The notes beneath the pieces are model-generated. The model saw only the letters and a list, made by a program, of their open reading frames with translations. It was not told the origin of the DNA and did not search any database. This document shows, one piece after another, positions 47,301 through 55,361 of a stretch of 63,494 bases of DNA. A program made the position numbers and the translations under genes. The stretch lies in IMG/VR virus record IMGVR_UViG_3300018422_000004, positions 1 through 63,494 of that record; one strand, 5' to 3'. Position 1 is the stretch's first letter; every line of letters starts with the position of its first letter. The stretch is from a virus. Its lineage: Duplodnaviria > Caudoviricetes.

Positions 47301-49696
47301 ATTGCGATCCACAGATAATCGTCAGCGGACCCTGCGTTGTGGCTGGGCGGGTTTGTGTTTGAGCTTGCCGTTGTGCTACCGAGGGACGTACCCGTGACAG
47401 GTGTCGTCGCACCACTAATACGTAACGAGATATGCGACGATTGTTCAGCTGCACCCGAAGTGGTAATCGTCAGCGCGTCGGAGCCCGTAGCTATCTTGTA
47501 AAAGACAGCGCTTATGTCGAGAGAGACCCCGAAGTTTAAGAGACTGACCTGCCCTAGTTTCACCCACCCTGTTGAGCTGGTCGACGCCGTGGGTGATGCA
47601 CTGCCAGCGTCGACACCGATCGCCACCAACAAGAGGTCACCAGCGACGACACCCGACGGTAAAGTAATCGCGTGGCTGTTCTGGGCGGTAGCCCCGCTGG
47701 TTCCTGTGGCTCGGGCCTGGACTACTGGGAAACCCCCAGCGCCGGGGGTGAGCCCGCTACCGATACCCGCACCGGTCAATGCACCCAGGTCGCCAACGCA
47801 AGACCCGATTCGACTAACTGATCCGCTGGCGGCGCCTGATAACACACTAAGCGAGATCGCGGTGGTACCGGTGGTCGCCCGCAATCCTGTGATGGTGCCG
47901 GTGAGCGAGCCGAGCACGGCAACAGAGACACCTGACTCTGAGGGGGCACCACTGGCACCAGCAGTCAGCGAACCGAGAGACCCGGTAGTGGCTGCGGTGA
48001 CGGTGCGTATTCCGGTGCCAGTTGAGGTGAGTGCACCGAGGGCGCTGATAGCGGCACCGGTGACCGCTCGGGTTCCCGTTGCCGTCCCGGTTAACGCACC
48101 CGGATTGGCTACGGCGGCCCCGGTTGTAGCGGGTGCGCTGACGGTTCCATTGGCAGTGCAGGACAGGGCACCGAACGCGACCAGTGCCGTCCCTGAAACG
48201 GAACGGAACCCGATGCCGCTATTAGTGAGGGATCCCAGGTTGCTGGCAGCGGTTGCTATGACGGTTCTGCTGCCGGTAGCAGTGCCGGTGAGACCACCGA
48301 GATTGGATGCGGCGGTACCCGTGACCTCAACCACGGGGGCCCCGACCAGAGACAGCGAAAACAACGACCAGCCACTAGCGATAGACGCGGCGGCGGTCGG
48401 GTAGTCGGCTGCGGCCAGCTTGTCAGCGACCGTGATCGCCACATTGAAGTCGCCCGCTGTGGCTGAGATCCGCTGGGACCGCTGCGTCCACCCACCGCTC
48501 GTCGGGCCAGTGACCGTGTAACTGCCCTGAGAGTCGCCGCCCGTGAGATAGAAGTTGACGATCAGGTTGTCGGCAGCGACCTGCGGCAACGCGTACTGAG
48601 CAGGAGATATGGTGCTGACGGCGGTGGTGTGCGCCTCGCCATGCAGTTTGATCGGGTACGGGTTCCGCGCACCGGAATAGGCCACGATCGTGACGACAGT
48701 TTGCTGCGGTTGGGTCCAGCTGACGGTGTAGTTCGCGGGTTCGCTACTCGCGATCTTGTACCACAATCGCGTGTAAAGGACGCCGAGGTAATTGACCGTG
48801 CCGCTGCTGAAATAGGCCGACTGCGGCCCAAATGGTATCCACCCGGCGGGCGCGGTGTAGTCACCGGTGCCGTTGGTGTTGCCGGCGGCCAGAATCATCA
48901 GGTCGCCATCGACGACACCGGCGGGCTTGTTCACCACCAGGTTGGCTTCGACGTTGACCGTGGTGGTGGCCGCGGTCGCCGCCGCGCGGAACGTGATCGT
49001 GCCGCCCGGTGCGTCGGGGACCGGGTCGGACGCGGCGACGATCGCGACGCTTTGGATGACCCAGCTGCCAGCTGACCCTGACACAGTTGGGGTGTCAGTG
49101 CCATTGACCTTGTCAAACAGCTCCGTGGTCAATGGGTACGCGGCAGCAGAGCCTGCTCTGGTAGCGGTGACCCGTGAGTTCCACCCCGCCGGGTTGGAAA
49201 TGGTAGATCCGGTTGCTGTTTTCGTATTGCGGCCCACCGCCGCGACCGCCACGACCCAGTCCGTCGACTGGACATTGTCCAGCGCAGGGAACGCTCTGGA
49301 TGTTGTGGTGGTAGTGCGGCCCTCGGTACTTGCCGTCGTGTTCCAGTTCCGGATGGGGTTGCTCTGATCGACACCTGAATACCGGGCGCACACGGCGCCT
49401 AGAGGTGCGCCGACGTTCCCCGTGAACGTATACGAAGATGGGTCGCCGGCCTGAACAATGCGATAAAACAGAAGAGATTCACACCATAGGGCGTGCATCT
49501 TGTCCATCTGTTTGAGCAGCGCCGAGGACGACGAGATATCCGGTGGGCTAGAGTTTACCGTGGCGTTGGAGGACGCCGACACTCCGATAACCAGTAGGTC
49601 CCCAGCGCTCCCCGCAGGTACCGTAATAGTCACCGAGGTCGCGGTAACTGAGGAACCTATCGCTGAGGTAGGGGTTCCCTGCAACGCTATGGCCAC
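44378..49696 (-). CDS. 1772-aa Gly/Ala/Thr-rich repeat protein (fibre-like)
   Basis: three related beta-sandwich-like domains plus dozens of ~21-aa G.A...LG.LT..A.G.R repeats. Confidence 0.8.
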   Translation of the reverse strand: MAIALQGTPTSAIGSSVTATSVTITVPAGSAGDLLVIGVSASSNATVNSSPPDISSSSALLKQMDKMHALWCESLLFYRIVQAGDPSSYTFTGNVGAPLGAVCARYSGVDQSNPIRNWNTTASTEGRTTTTTSRAFPALDNVQSTDWVVAVAAVGRNTKTATGSTISNPAGWNSRVTATRAGSAAAYPLTTELFDKVNGTDTPTVSGSAGSWVIQSVAIVAASDPVPDAPGGTITFRAAATAATTTVNVEANLVVNKPAGVVDGDLMILAAGNTNGTGDYTAPAGWIPFGPQSAYFSSGTVNYLGVLYTRLWYKIASSEPANYTVSWTQPQQTVVTIVAYSGARNPYPIKLHGEAHTTAVSTISPAQYALPQVAADNLIVNFYLTGGDSQGSYTVTGPTSGGWTQRSQRISATAGDFNVAITVADKLAAADYPTAAASIASGWSLFSLSLVGAPVVEVTGTAASNLGGLTGTATGSRTVIATAASNLGSLTNSGIGFRSVSGTALVAFGALSCTANGTVSAPATTGAAVANPGALTGTATGTRAVTGAAISALGALTSTGTGIRTVTAATTGSLGSLTAGASGAPSESGVSVAVLGSLTGTITGLRATTGTTAISLSVLSGAASGSVSRIGSCVGDLGALTGAGIGSGLTPGAGGFPVVQARATGTSGATAQNSHAITLPSGVVAGDLLLVAIGVDAGSASPTASTSSTGWVKLGQVSLLNFGVSLDISAVFYKIATGSDALTITTSGAAEQSSHISLRISGATTPVTGTSLGSTTASSNTNPPSHNAGSADDYLWIAIRHGSGTTPATAAPANYSNLNSITGVDSTSASVASAERQLNAASENPGAFTSASGGWTTWTLAVPPGAGFSIVAGVVVVNFGGLTATAAGFVLSPSAGAAVAALGSLNGTTIGTRAAVGATATATLGGLTSTATGTTAVTGTAWSDLGALASTVTGTRTTSGTAATNLSGLTAAALGIPATGGAAASAFGSLTAVAAATRTVTGSAVSSLAGFTSNTSGGPDTAGVGTANLGGITGTLAGTRLTSGTATSSLGPLSSTAGGGPDTAGTVAATLGALTATAAGARSAPGTAVTNLGALTGIATGNAFQAITGTAASSLGSLTATVAGGPDEAGTATSALGALTTTITGTRSVTGSAAASLGALAATVAGGRTETGTAAGALGLLTAAVAGTRVANGTAAASLGALVATASGGAVEVGVAAGSLGSLAATTSGVVSRSGSAATDLGALTAAATGGATETGAGTTALGALTGTASGTRSTVGTAAAPLGGLTATTAGGPDTAGEATAAQGALTGTATGLRSITGTATGSLGQLTGVITGGPDEPGTAVVSLGFLTGAVAGTRTAAGSAAATLGALSCSASGSIAEPGTSSAVLGVFTATATGTRTALGAASATLGQFAGAVAAGPDEPGTGNTASGGLLALATGTRAVTGTAASPLDALTAATDGGPDTAGIASNGLGSLTGTATGVRSVTGTGHASFGTATAAVAGTRMVTGTASVTLGALVTAVVTAPTVTATVAASLGAVTSAATGTVTVSGVTAGQLGAVTATATGERSTTGTANAALGPLTGTVSGAGMALGSADAPLGAISATATGIRIVIGAGSASLGGVSASTSGSPSLPGTAWADLATLTATATGARSVHGTALASLGALADAITGTRTVHATGVCSVAGLTGVAVGALEFTGVATSALGGLAGTATGERSSRGSMTELSRNAPGMASRQRAVVIMSSWRRTVVAMSSQHRTTATMSGQQRTVAIMSD

Positions 49697-49824
49697 TAGT
49701 AACCCTTAACATAGGCGATGGCCCGCGCCATCGGGAAAGTCGCGCGTCTGGACACTCCGGAGCTCAAGGCGTTATGAAGTCCACCACCACTGGCACACTT
49801 TTTGTGTGCCAGTGGTGATACTCT

Positions 49825-50190
49825 TTACGACGCCAATACCAGGCTGACGTCAAGGTCACCGATTGCAATAGTAAACGTATCACCAGCCGTCACCGCATTG
49901 GCCGTAACAGTGCCACTAAACCCGAAGGTCCCCGCGGTAGATGCTGTCCACACCGTAAAATGCGTGTAGTCCTCGGACCCGGCGACGACGGTCCATTGCA
50001 ACTGGTTTGTGGTGGTCGACGCACCGCCTGACGCAGTAGCCCACGTAGCCTGCTTACGAGTGGTCTCAGTGGCGGGAGACGCTGTGCCAGCGGCACCCGG
50101 CGCACCCACATGCAATTTCACCCACGAATAGATCGCGAGTTCGGTGTCCAGCGCGTGATTACCCGCAGCGGACCCCCAACCTTCAGCCAT
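49825..50190 (-). CDS. fibre-associated structural protein
   Basis: VKLH.G.PG.AGT...R....W...THF.VW.A.T.G.F...GDTFTI..GDL. Confidence 0.7.
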   Translation of the reverse strand: MAEGWGSAAGNHALDTELAIYSWVKLHVGAPGAAGTASPATETTRKQATWATASGGASTTTNQLQWTVVAGSEDYTHFTVWTASTAGTFGFSGTVTANAVTAGDTFTIAIGDLDVSLVLAS

Positions 50191-50401
50191 CAGTTCTCCT
50201 CAGCGTTTCCGTTAGCCGGGTTACTGGGCTGCGTGCTGTCAGCCGAGTTGTCGGGCTGCCCATTGGGCCTAGTCACTGTTCCTTTAGCGCACGCCCGGAG
50301 AATGAGTGGTTCACTCGCCGGATACCGTCGCGACTGCTCAACACCAGCGGAAGGCATAAACGACCTCACTATGTAATTGACAAAAAGATTGCGCGAGCAT
50401 G

Positions 50402-50437
50402 CGGAAGGCCCCGAATCCGAAGAAACGGGGCCTTCCG
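50402..50437 (-). terminator. hairpin terminator
   Basis: CGGAAGGCCCCG / CGGGGCCTTCCG. Confidence 0.6.
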
Positions 50438-50457
50438 AGAAGGATCGAGTTGGACCG

Positions 50458-50748
50458 TTACGCGCCGCGCGCCCGTGCCACCGACGTCGCCCCGGACTGG
50501 TGCGCCCGCAACTCTGTAATCAACAGGGCCTTCTCCACATCCCACGGAATAGTCACACCACGCTTATCCGCGATCGCCCGCAACTTATCCAGAGGCAGCA
50601 GATCAAACGACTCGGTGTAACCAAGCTCATCCAGATCAGTGGACGTGTCCTTACTCGGAACCTCGTCAGGCTCGTTCTCACGCCAAGCCGGGCCCTTAGG
50701 CGCAGCGCTAGTGTCGGTCTTGTTGGCAACAACGTTGGTGTCCGCCAT
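50458..50748 (-). CDS. small HeH/Rho-N-like protein
   Basis: DKLRAIADKRGV.....KALLI. Confidence 0.5.
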   Translation of the reverse strand: MADTNVVANKTDTSAAPKGPAWRENEPDEVPSKDTSTDLDELGYTESFDLLPLDKLRAIADKRGVTIPWDVEKALLITELRAHQSGATSVARARGA

Positions 50749-50862
50749 GGTCTTACACTTCCTCTACTCGTAGAAACGCCACGGCAACTCCGGCCATGGA
50801 CATGAGAAAAACCCCGAATCACGAAGATCACGGGGCTTTGGTTAGTACGTAGGGGGTCAGAT

Positions 50863-51126
50863 TCAGGTTCGCAGAACCGCCAAGGTCACATCCGCGCCCG
50901 CTGAACGGATCGCGAACAACACCTCACCCTGATCAACATCCACGGTCACGGTCTCACCGAACAGCAACGGAAAACCCGTCCCAGCCGTCACAGTGGACCC
51001 ACCCAGGTCCGCGTTCGCCGAAGCATGCGTGTTCTTGATCACCAGACGGTGACCACCGAAATCCGCAGCGTTCAACGCCACCGCAGTAGTGGACACAGTG
51101 ACAACCTCCGCCGAGACAGCCATCAA
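50863..51126 (-). CDS. virion-associated beta protein
   Basis: IKN......LGGSTVT...GFPL..GE. Confidence 0.6.
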   Translation of the reverse strand: MMAVSAEVVTVSTTAVALNAADFGGHRLVIKNTHASANADLGGSTVTAGTGFPLLFGETVTVDVDQGEVLFAIRSAGADVTLAVLRT

Positions 51127-51393
51127 CGGCCCTTATTCGACGGCGCCGGCTGCACCTTATTCGCCAACGGCGCCAAATGCTTCTGCACCGGCTCGGTCAC
51201 CGGCGCCACCCGCAACGCGCCAAGGCGCAACGCCTCACCACGAGGAACCGCATCACCCGGCGCGGCCCACAACCAACGCGCACCCGGATCACCCTCAGGT
51301 ACGACCCGAGACTTATCCCCCGTGAGATACCAATGCTGATCCACGACCACCGTGCCCGTGTCAGAACTCACCGACGCAGCTCCCTTCCGGTGA

Positions 51394-51807
51394 TCACCGG
51401 TAGAAAACGACAACACGACCCTTACCCGCCGTCAAAGCCTGCACCGCAATAGTGAACGCGATACTCCGCGCCGCCGTAGTCTTGATCCCCGTCGCTGCCG
51501 TACCAACAGGAACAATGTCCTTACGGCCCGTCGTCGAGAACGGGGCACCGGACACCGCAGCAGCAGCGAGTAGGTCACCAGCAGCCTGCGAGTTCACCGC
51601 CACCGTCGCAGTACCACCCGCCGACGTGAACGCCGTATCCACCTCGATATAGCCACCAGTGATCACCGACCCATTGGGGATGTCATTACCAGTCGACAAG
51701 TTCGCCGGGGACCGCAAGGTGATCGTCGAAACGGCACCACCATCCACAGCGAAATCGTACTCACCAACAGCTTCCTTCAACCCGTGCGTGCCGGGGATGA
51801 TAGGCAT
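51394..51807 (-). CDS. probable capsid decoration protein
   Basis: YDFAVDGGA...IP...VI...Y..V.TAFTS...LTAGK; near the capsid gene. Confidence 0.6.
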   Translation of the reverse strand: MPIIPGTHGLKEAVGEYDFAVDGGAVSTITLRSPANLSTGNDIPNGSVITGGYIEVDTAFTSAGGTATVAVNSQAAGDLLAAAAVSGAPFSTTGRKDIVPVGTAATGIKTTAARSIAFTIAVQALTAGKGRVVVFYR

Positions 51808-52502
51808 AGTTCATTCTCTTTCTGCTCTTCAGGCTCGGACGTAGCCTCGCTCGCCGCTACCGACACCACGGGCTGGTATTGAGCTAGGTACTCAACGGCG
51901 GCGAGTAAAACCTTTGGGTCCTCGCCGGCCAATCCAATCATTGTGTTGCAATGACCGCACAGCAAGCCACGAACTTGCTTAGTCGTGTGGCAGTGGTCAA
52001 CCTGCAAGCGATCGCCTCTGTGACCGGGTCGCGGTGGTTTCCCGCAGATACGACATAGACCGTTCTGCTCAGCGAGCATCCGGTCACGATCAGCACGCGT
52101 TATCCCGTACTTGTACTTGTAGTGGGAGTTCAGTTTTATTTCACGGAGCTTCTCGGCGTTTTGCCTGTACCGAATCTTTCCGTTGGCCCGCTGTCGTTGT
52201 CTGTTGTCGGGGTTTTCCATCCGAGCGTGGTAGCGCTTTCTAGCGTCCACATTGGCCCACTCGGCCAAACACGGTATGCAACGCAGCGGTGGTCTTCCTC
52301 GTCCTTCGTAGGGCAGTTCGGTGCCGCAGTCAATGCACGCAGCTGGCCGCTTTGGTCGACGATGCGCCGCTGACCACTCGCGACCTTTCGCGCGGCCGTA
52401 CTCAACCGTGCACGGCGAACAGCGAACTGGGATCTTGCCTCGGGAGTTCGGAGCGGTGAAGGACTGGTGGCAGGCGCCGCAGACGGCTTTTCTCACTATC
52501 AT
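51777..52502 (-). CDS. endonuclease VII-type (homing-like) nuclease
   Basis: Zn fingers + KYGIT...EQNGLCRICG...VDHCH...VRGLLC..CN..IG. Confidence 0.88.
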   Translation of the reverse strand: MIVRKAVCGACHQSFTAPNSRGKIPVRCSPCTVEYGRAKGREWSAAHRRPKRPAACIDCGTELPYEGRGRPPLRCIPCLAEWANVDARKRYHARMENPDNRQRQRANGKIRYRQNAEKLREIKLNSHYKYKYGITRADRDRMLAEQNGLCRICGKPPRPGHRGDRLQVDHCHTTKQVRGLLCGHCNTMIGLAGEDPKVLLAAVEYLAQYQPVVSVAASEATSEPEEQKENELCLSSPARTG

Positions 52503-52555
52503 GCCGTCTTTCCTACCACCAGAAATCCATCACCGAAAAACGGGGTGGAGCAGTT

Positions 52556-53845
52556 TCACAAGCCTGTGACCACGCTAAATGCGCTTGGACGATAGTGGAT
52601 CAAGGCCGATCTCACATCGCAGCGTACACACAGCTTCCCCTCGACAAAGAACGTACCGTGACTATTGCTGATCTGAATATCAACGCCGCGACGTACTGCC
52701 AGCTCGGAGAAGTTCATGTAATCTCCCATAACGGCCTTAGTCGCGGTGCATGCGATCGTCTCCACGACCGGTACGCCCCAGATGGTGGTGGGGCCGGGGA
52801 TGGCGGGGTGGCCCCAGATGTACACACCATCTGCGGTGCGTAGGAGTCGTACGCCTTCCCACTTCTCGGGGCGGATGAACACGACGCTGGGTTCGGCGAA
52901 TCCGGTGTCGCGGATCTTGCGCATCGCCTTGTATAGGGCGTCGGGGATGGGGTCGGCGCCCAAGGGCTGGGTGTTGATACCGACGATGTTTTCGGTGCCA
53001 CGCAGGTTGGGTGCGGTACCGTCGCCAACGAGGATCTGGGAGTCCAGGCGCTGCCGCAGCATGAACGGCAAACGGTTCTCGACATAAGCTCGTGCGCGAG
53101 GCTCGTCCTCGAACTGCTCGTCGGTGACCGGCAGGAAGGTCGCGATCTTGCGGACTTCGCTGGATTTCTCGGTCAGTGCGAGCGCGGACTCGGCGTAGGT
53201 GCCGGCTTCCGCTGTTTCCGCAGCGGAATTCGTGAAAGTGGTCTCTTCCATGTAAAGCACCGTCGACATTGTCGTGGTGGTTTGCGGGAGGAAGTCCACG
53301 ACGCGAGGTGCGGGGCGGGTGGCGAAGTCCACCATGCGGCCGGTGCGTAGATCCTCGGGGTCCCAACCGGCGGTGGTTTGGAAGAGGGTCTTCAGTTCGA
53401 TGTCGAGGTGGGCCATGGGTCCGCTGCCGGAGCCTGGCTTGAATCCCTTGATTGCTGGTGAGTCCATGAGCATTTCACCGAAAGGGATCGAACGGCCCTT
53501 TTTGAAACTCACGCCGCCGCGGCGGTCGTCGGGTTCCGAGCCACGCTCACCGATACCGGAAGTGGCTTTGGTCTCTACATCGGTGGCATCAGCGGCGGCC
53601 ATCGCAGCGGCATGCGCTACGACTTCCAGGTCATCGACCTTGCCTTTGCATTCGATGATTTCTTTGTTCAGTTCACCGATCTTGGCGACCTTAGCGTGGG
53701 AGTCACCGGGGAGGGACTTCACGCGGGTCATGTCGTATTCGGGGCCGGCTTCGGTGAAAATGTCAGCCAGGCTCTTGCGTTTTGCGTCTAGCTTCTCTCG
53801 GGCTTCTTTGAGCGCGGGGAAGTCAACGAGTGGTTCGTTGGTCAT
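52556..53845 (-). CDS. HK97-fold major capsid protein
   Basis: N-terminal coiled delta domain; ILVGDG..PNLRG; G.YIWG.P....IWGVPVV; RP.AF. Confidence 0.93.
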   Translation of the reverse strand: MTNEPLVDFPALKEAREKLDAKRKSLADIFTEAGPEYDMTRVKSLPGDSHAKVAKIGELNKEIIECKGKVDDLEVVAHAAAMAAADATDVETKATSGIGERGSEPDDRRGGVSFKKGRSIPFGEMLMDSPAIKGFKPGSGSGPMAHLDIELKTLFQTTAGWDPEDLRTGRMVDFATRPAPRVVDFLPQTTTTMSTVLYMEETTFTNSAAETAEAGTYAESALALTEKSSEVRKIATFLPVTDEQFEDEPRARAYVENRLPFMLRQRLDSQILVGDGTAPNLRGTENIVGINTQPLGADPIPDALYKAMRKIRDTGFAEPSVVFIRPEKWEGVRLLRTADGVYIWGHPAIPGPTTIWGVPVVETIACTATKAVMGDYMNFSELAVRRGVDIQISNSHGTFFVEGKLCVRCDVRSALIHYRPSAFSVVTGL

Positions 53846-53860
53846 GGTGTTGCGGCTCTC

Positions 53861-55303
53861 CTAGATGCCGTGCACGCTGGCCACGGCGGCCATGAGCGTG
53901 CTGATCTCCTGATCCCGCAGGGGCTCTTCAGCGGCCAGTTGCGGGTTTTCGAGTAGGGCCTTCAGGCGCCGCAGGTCGTCATCGATCCATGCGATCAAAT
54001 CAGCGGATGCGGGGGCGAGGCCTTTACCCTTTTTCGCTCGGAGAGCCATGACTTCCGATGCTCGGTCGATGAAACTGGACACGGTGGCCAGGACCGCTGT
54101 GCCGTGGTCGTAGAACTTCAGTGCCGATGTGGACCCGGTGCGGTATTCGGGTGGGTCGGTGTCGGCGTCACGCATGTGTGCCGCGAGGTGGTCGTAGACG
54201 GCTTTGCGGTCGTTTTCGGGGATGCCGGCGCCGTTGTCGGAGTTGAGTAGTGCGATGCCGGCGACGATGGCGCGGAGGTTCGCGGGACCGTCCACACCGT
54301 GGTGGTGCGGGAGCCGGTAGCTGCTTTTCCGTTCTGGATCGCCGTCGGGGTCACACCACGCGTACACGGTTCGCAGCTCGGATGGGCGGGTGTTGTCGTC
54401 GATGCCTTTCACGGCGAATGTGGCGTCCCAGGAGCGGGACACGACGGGTGTTTCGTGCACGTCGATGCCTTTACCTGGCTTGCGGACCAGGCCCATCGCT
54501 GATGCCGGATCAACTCCAGCGGAGGCCAGGGCCTTCGCTGCGAGGACCCGGGTCCCGACACCGGCACCGAGGAGCACGGGGCTGACTTCGTGGACCTTCT
54601 GCTTCGCGAGGAACCGAACCTGTTTGCCTTCGAACTCACCGAAATGGAATTCGACCGGGTCGTAGCCGTAGGACCATTCCTGTTGGCTGCCCAGTTCCTT
54701 GACGACCTCGAAGGTGTCCCGGCCGTGGGCGGTGTTCATGAAGAACTGGCCATCGAGGATGGCCTCATTCCCGACGGTGCGGATCGTGCCCTTACCGACC
54801 GGCAATGCGCCCTGCCATGATTGGTGGCCGTACGCCGAGATCCGGACTGGGCAGCCTTCCTCGAACGCGCTGGGCAGAGTGACATCGCCATCACTGTCGA
54901 TTGAGTTTAAGGTCGCGAAGACCGCGGTCACCTCGCCCTTGGCCGCATCCTTGACCGTGACACGACTCAAGGTTTTGGTGTTCATCGGTTTCCCTTCGGA
55001 TTTCTTCGCGTCGTCAAGGTGTGCTTGTAAGTGGGCGCGGACACCGGCGGTGTCTTTGCTGGGGATGTTTGCGCTGGAGAGTCGCGCTAGACCGTTGCGG
55101 CATGCCGAGAGGTTCGCGGGGCCGCCTTTGGATTTGGCGTGCGGGAATTTCCAGGTGGTTTTGTCGTCGGGGTCGCCGTTGGGGTCGTACCAGGCGTGGC
55201 AGTACCGCAGTACGGTGGAGTCGTTGGGCATGGCGGCGGTCGCGCCGGGTCCGTCCCACGATTCGTCGACGGTCGCGGTGTGGTGCACGGAAACAGCCGG
55301 CAT
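53861..55303 (-). CDS. HK97 prohead protease flanked by a duplicated domain
   Basis: DSDGDV..P.AF...H...PVGK...WSYGY...HEVSPV..GA; repeated AW.DP.GDP..K..Y/W..PH...GPANL.A domain. Confidence 0.85.
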   Translation of the reverse strand: MPAVSVHHTATVDESWDGPGATAAMPNDSTVLRYCHAWYDPNGDPDDKTTWKFPHAKSKGGPANLSACRNGLARLSSANIPSKDTAGVRAHLQAHLDDAKKSEGKPMNTKTLSRVTVKDAAKGEVTAVFATLNSIDSDGDVTLPSAFEEGCPVRISAYGHQSWQGALPVGKGTIRTVGNEAILDGQFFMNTAHGRDTFEVVKELGSQQEWSYGYDPVEFHFGEFEGKQVRFLAKQKVHEVSPVLLGAGVGTRVLAAKALASAGVDPASAMGLVRKPGKGIDVHETPVVSRSWDATFAVKGIDDNTRPSELRTVYAWCDPDGDPERKSSYRLPHHHGVDGPANLRAIVAGIALLNSDNGAGIPENDRKAVYDHLAAHMRDADTDPPEYRTGSTSALKFYDHGTAVLATVSSFIDRASEVMALRAKKGKGLAPASADLIAWIDDDLRRLKALLENPQLAAEEPLRDQEISTLMAAVASVHGI

Positions 55304-55361
55304 GGGCGCACGCTTTCTAGTTATGGGTGTGACGCGATTCGTTGGCGAAAATGCCTGGTGT

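Noticed and set aside
44378-48330. Possible CRISPR or DNA repeat array
   Set aside because: The periodicity is at protein level (~63 nt, degenerate codons); no identical repeats with spacers and no cas genes anywhere in the window.
44388-49367. Long plus-strand ORFs (e.g. 44388-45467, 45474-47255)
   Set aside because: Antisense shadows of the GC-rich repeat gene; the same applies to 37387-38862 and 42949-44391.
52541-52553. CGGGGTGGAGCAG identical to the tRNA-Met 5' region
   Set aside because: Only 13 nt with no further tRNA structure; probably chance, and not near the integrase.
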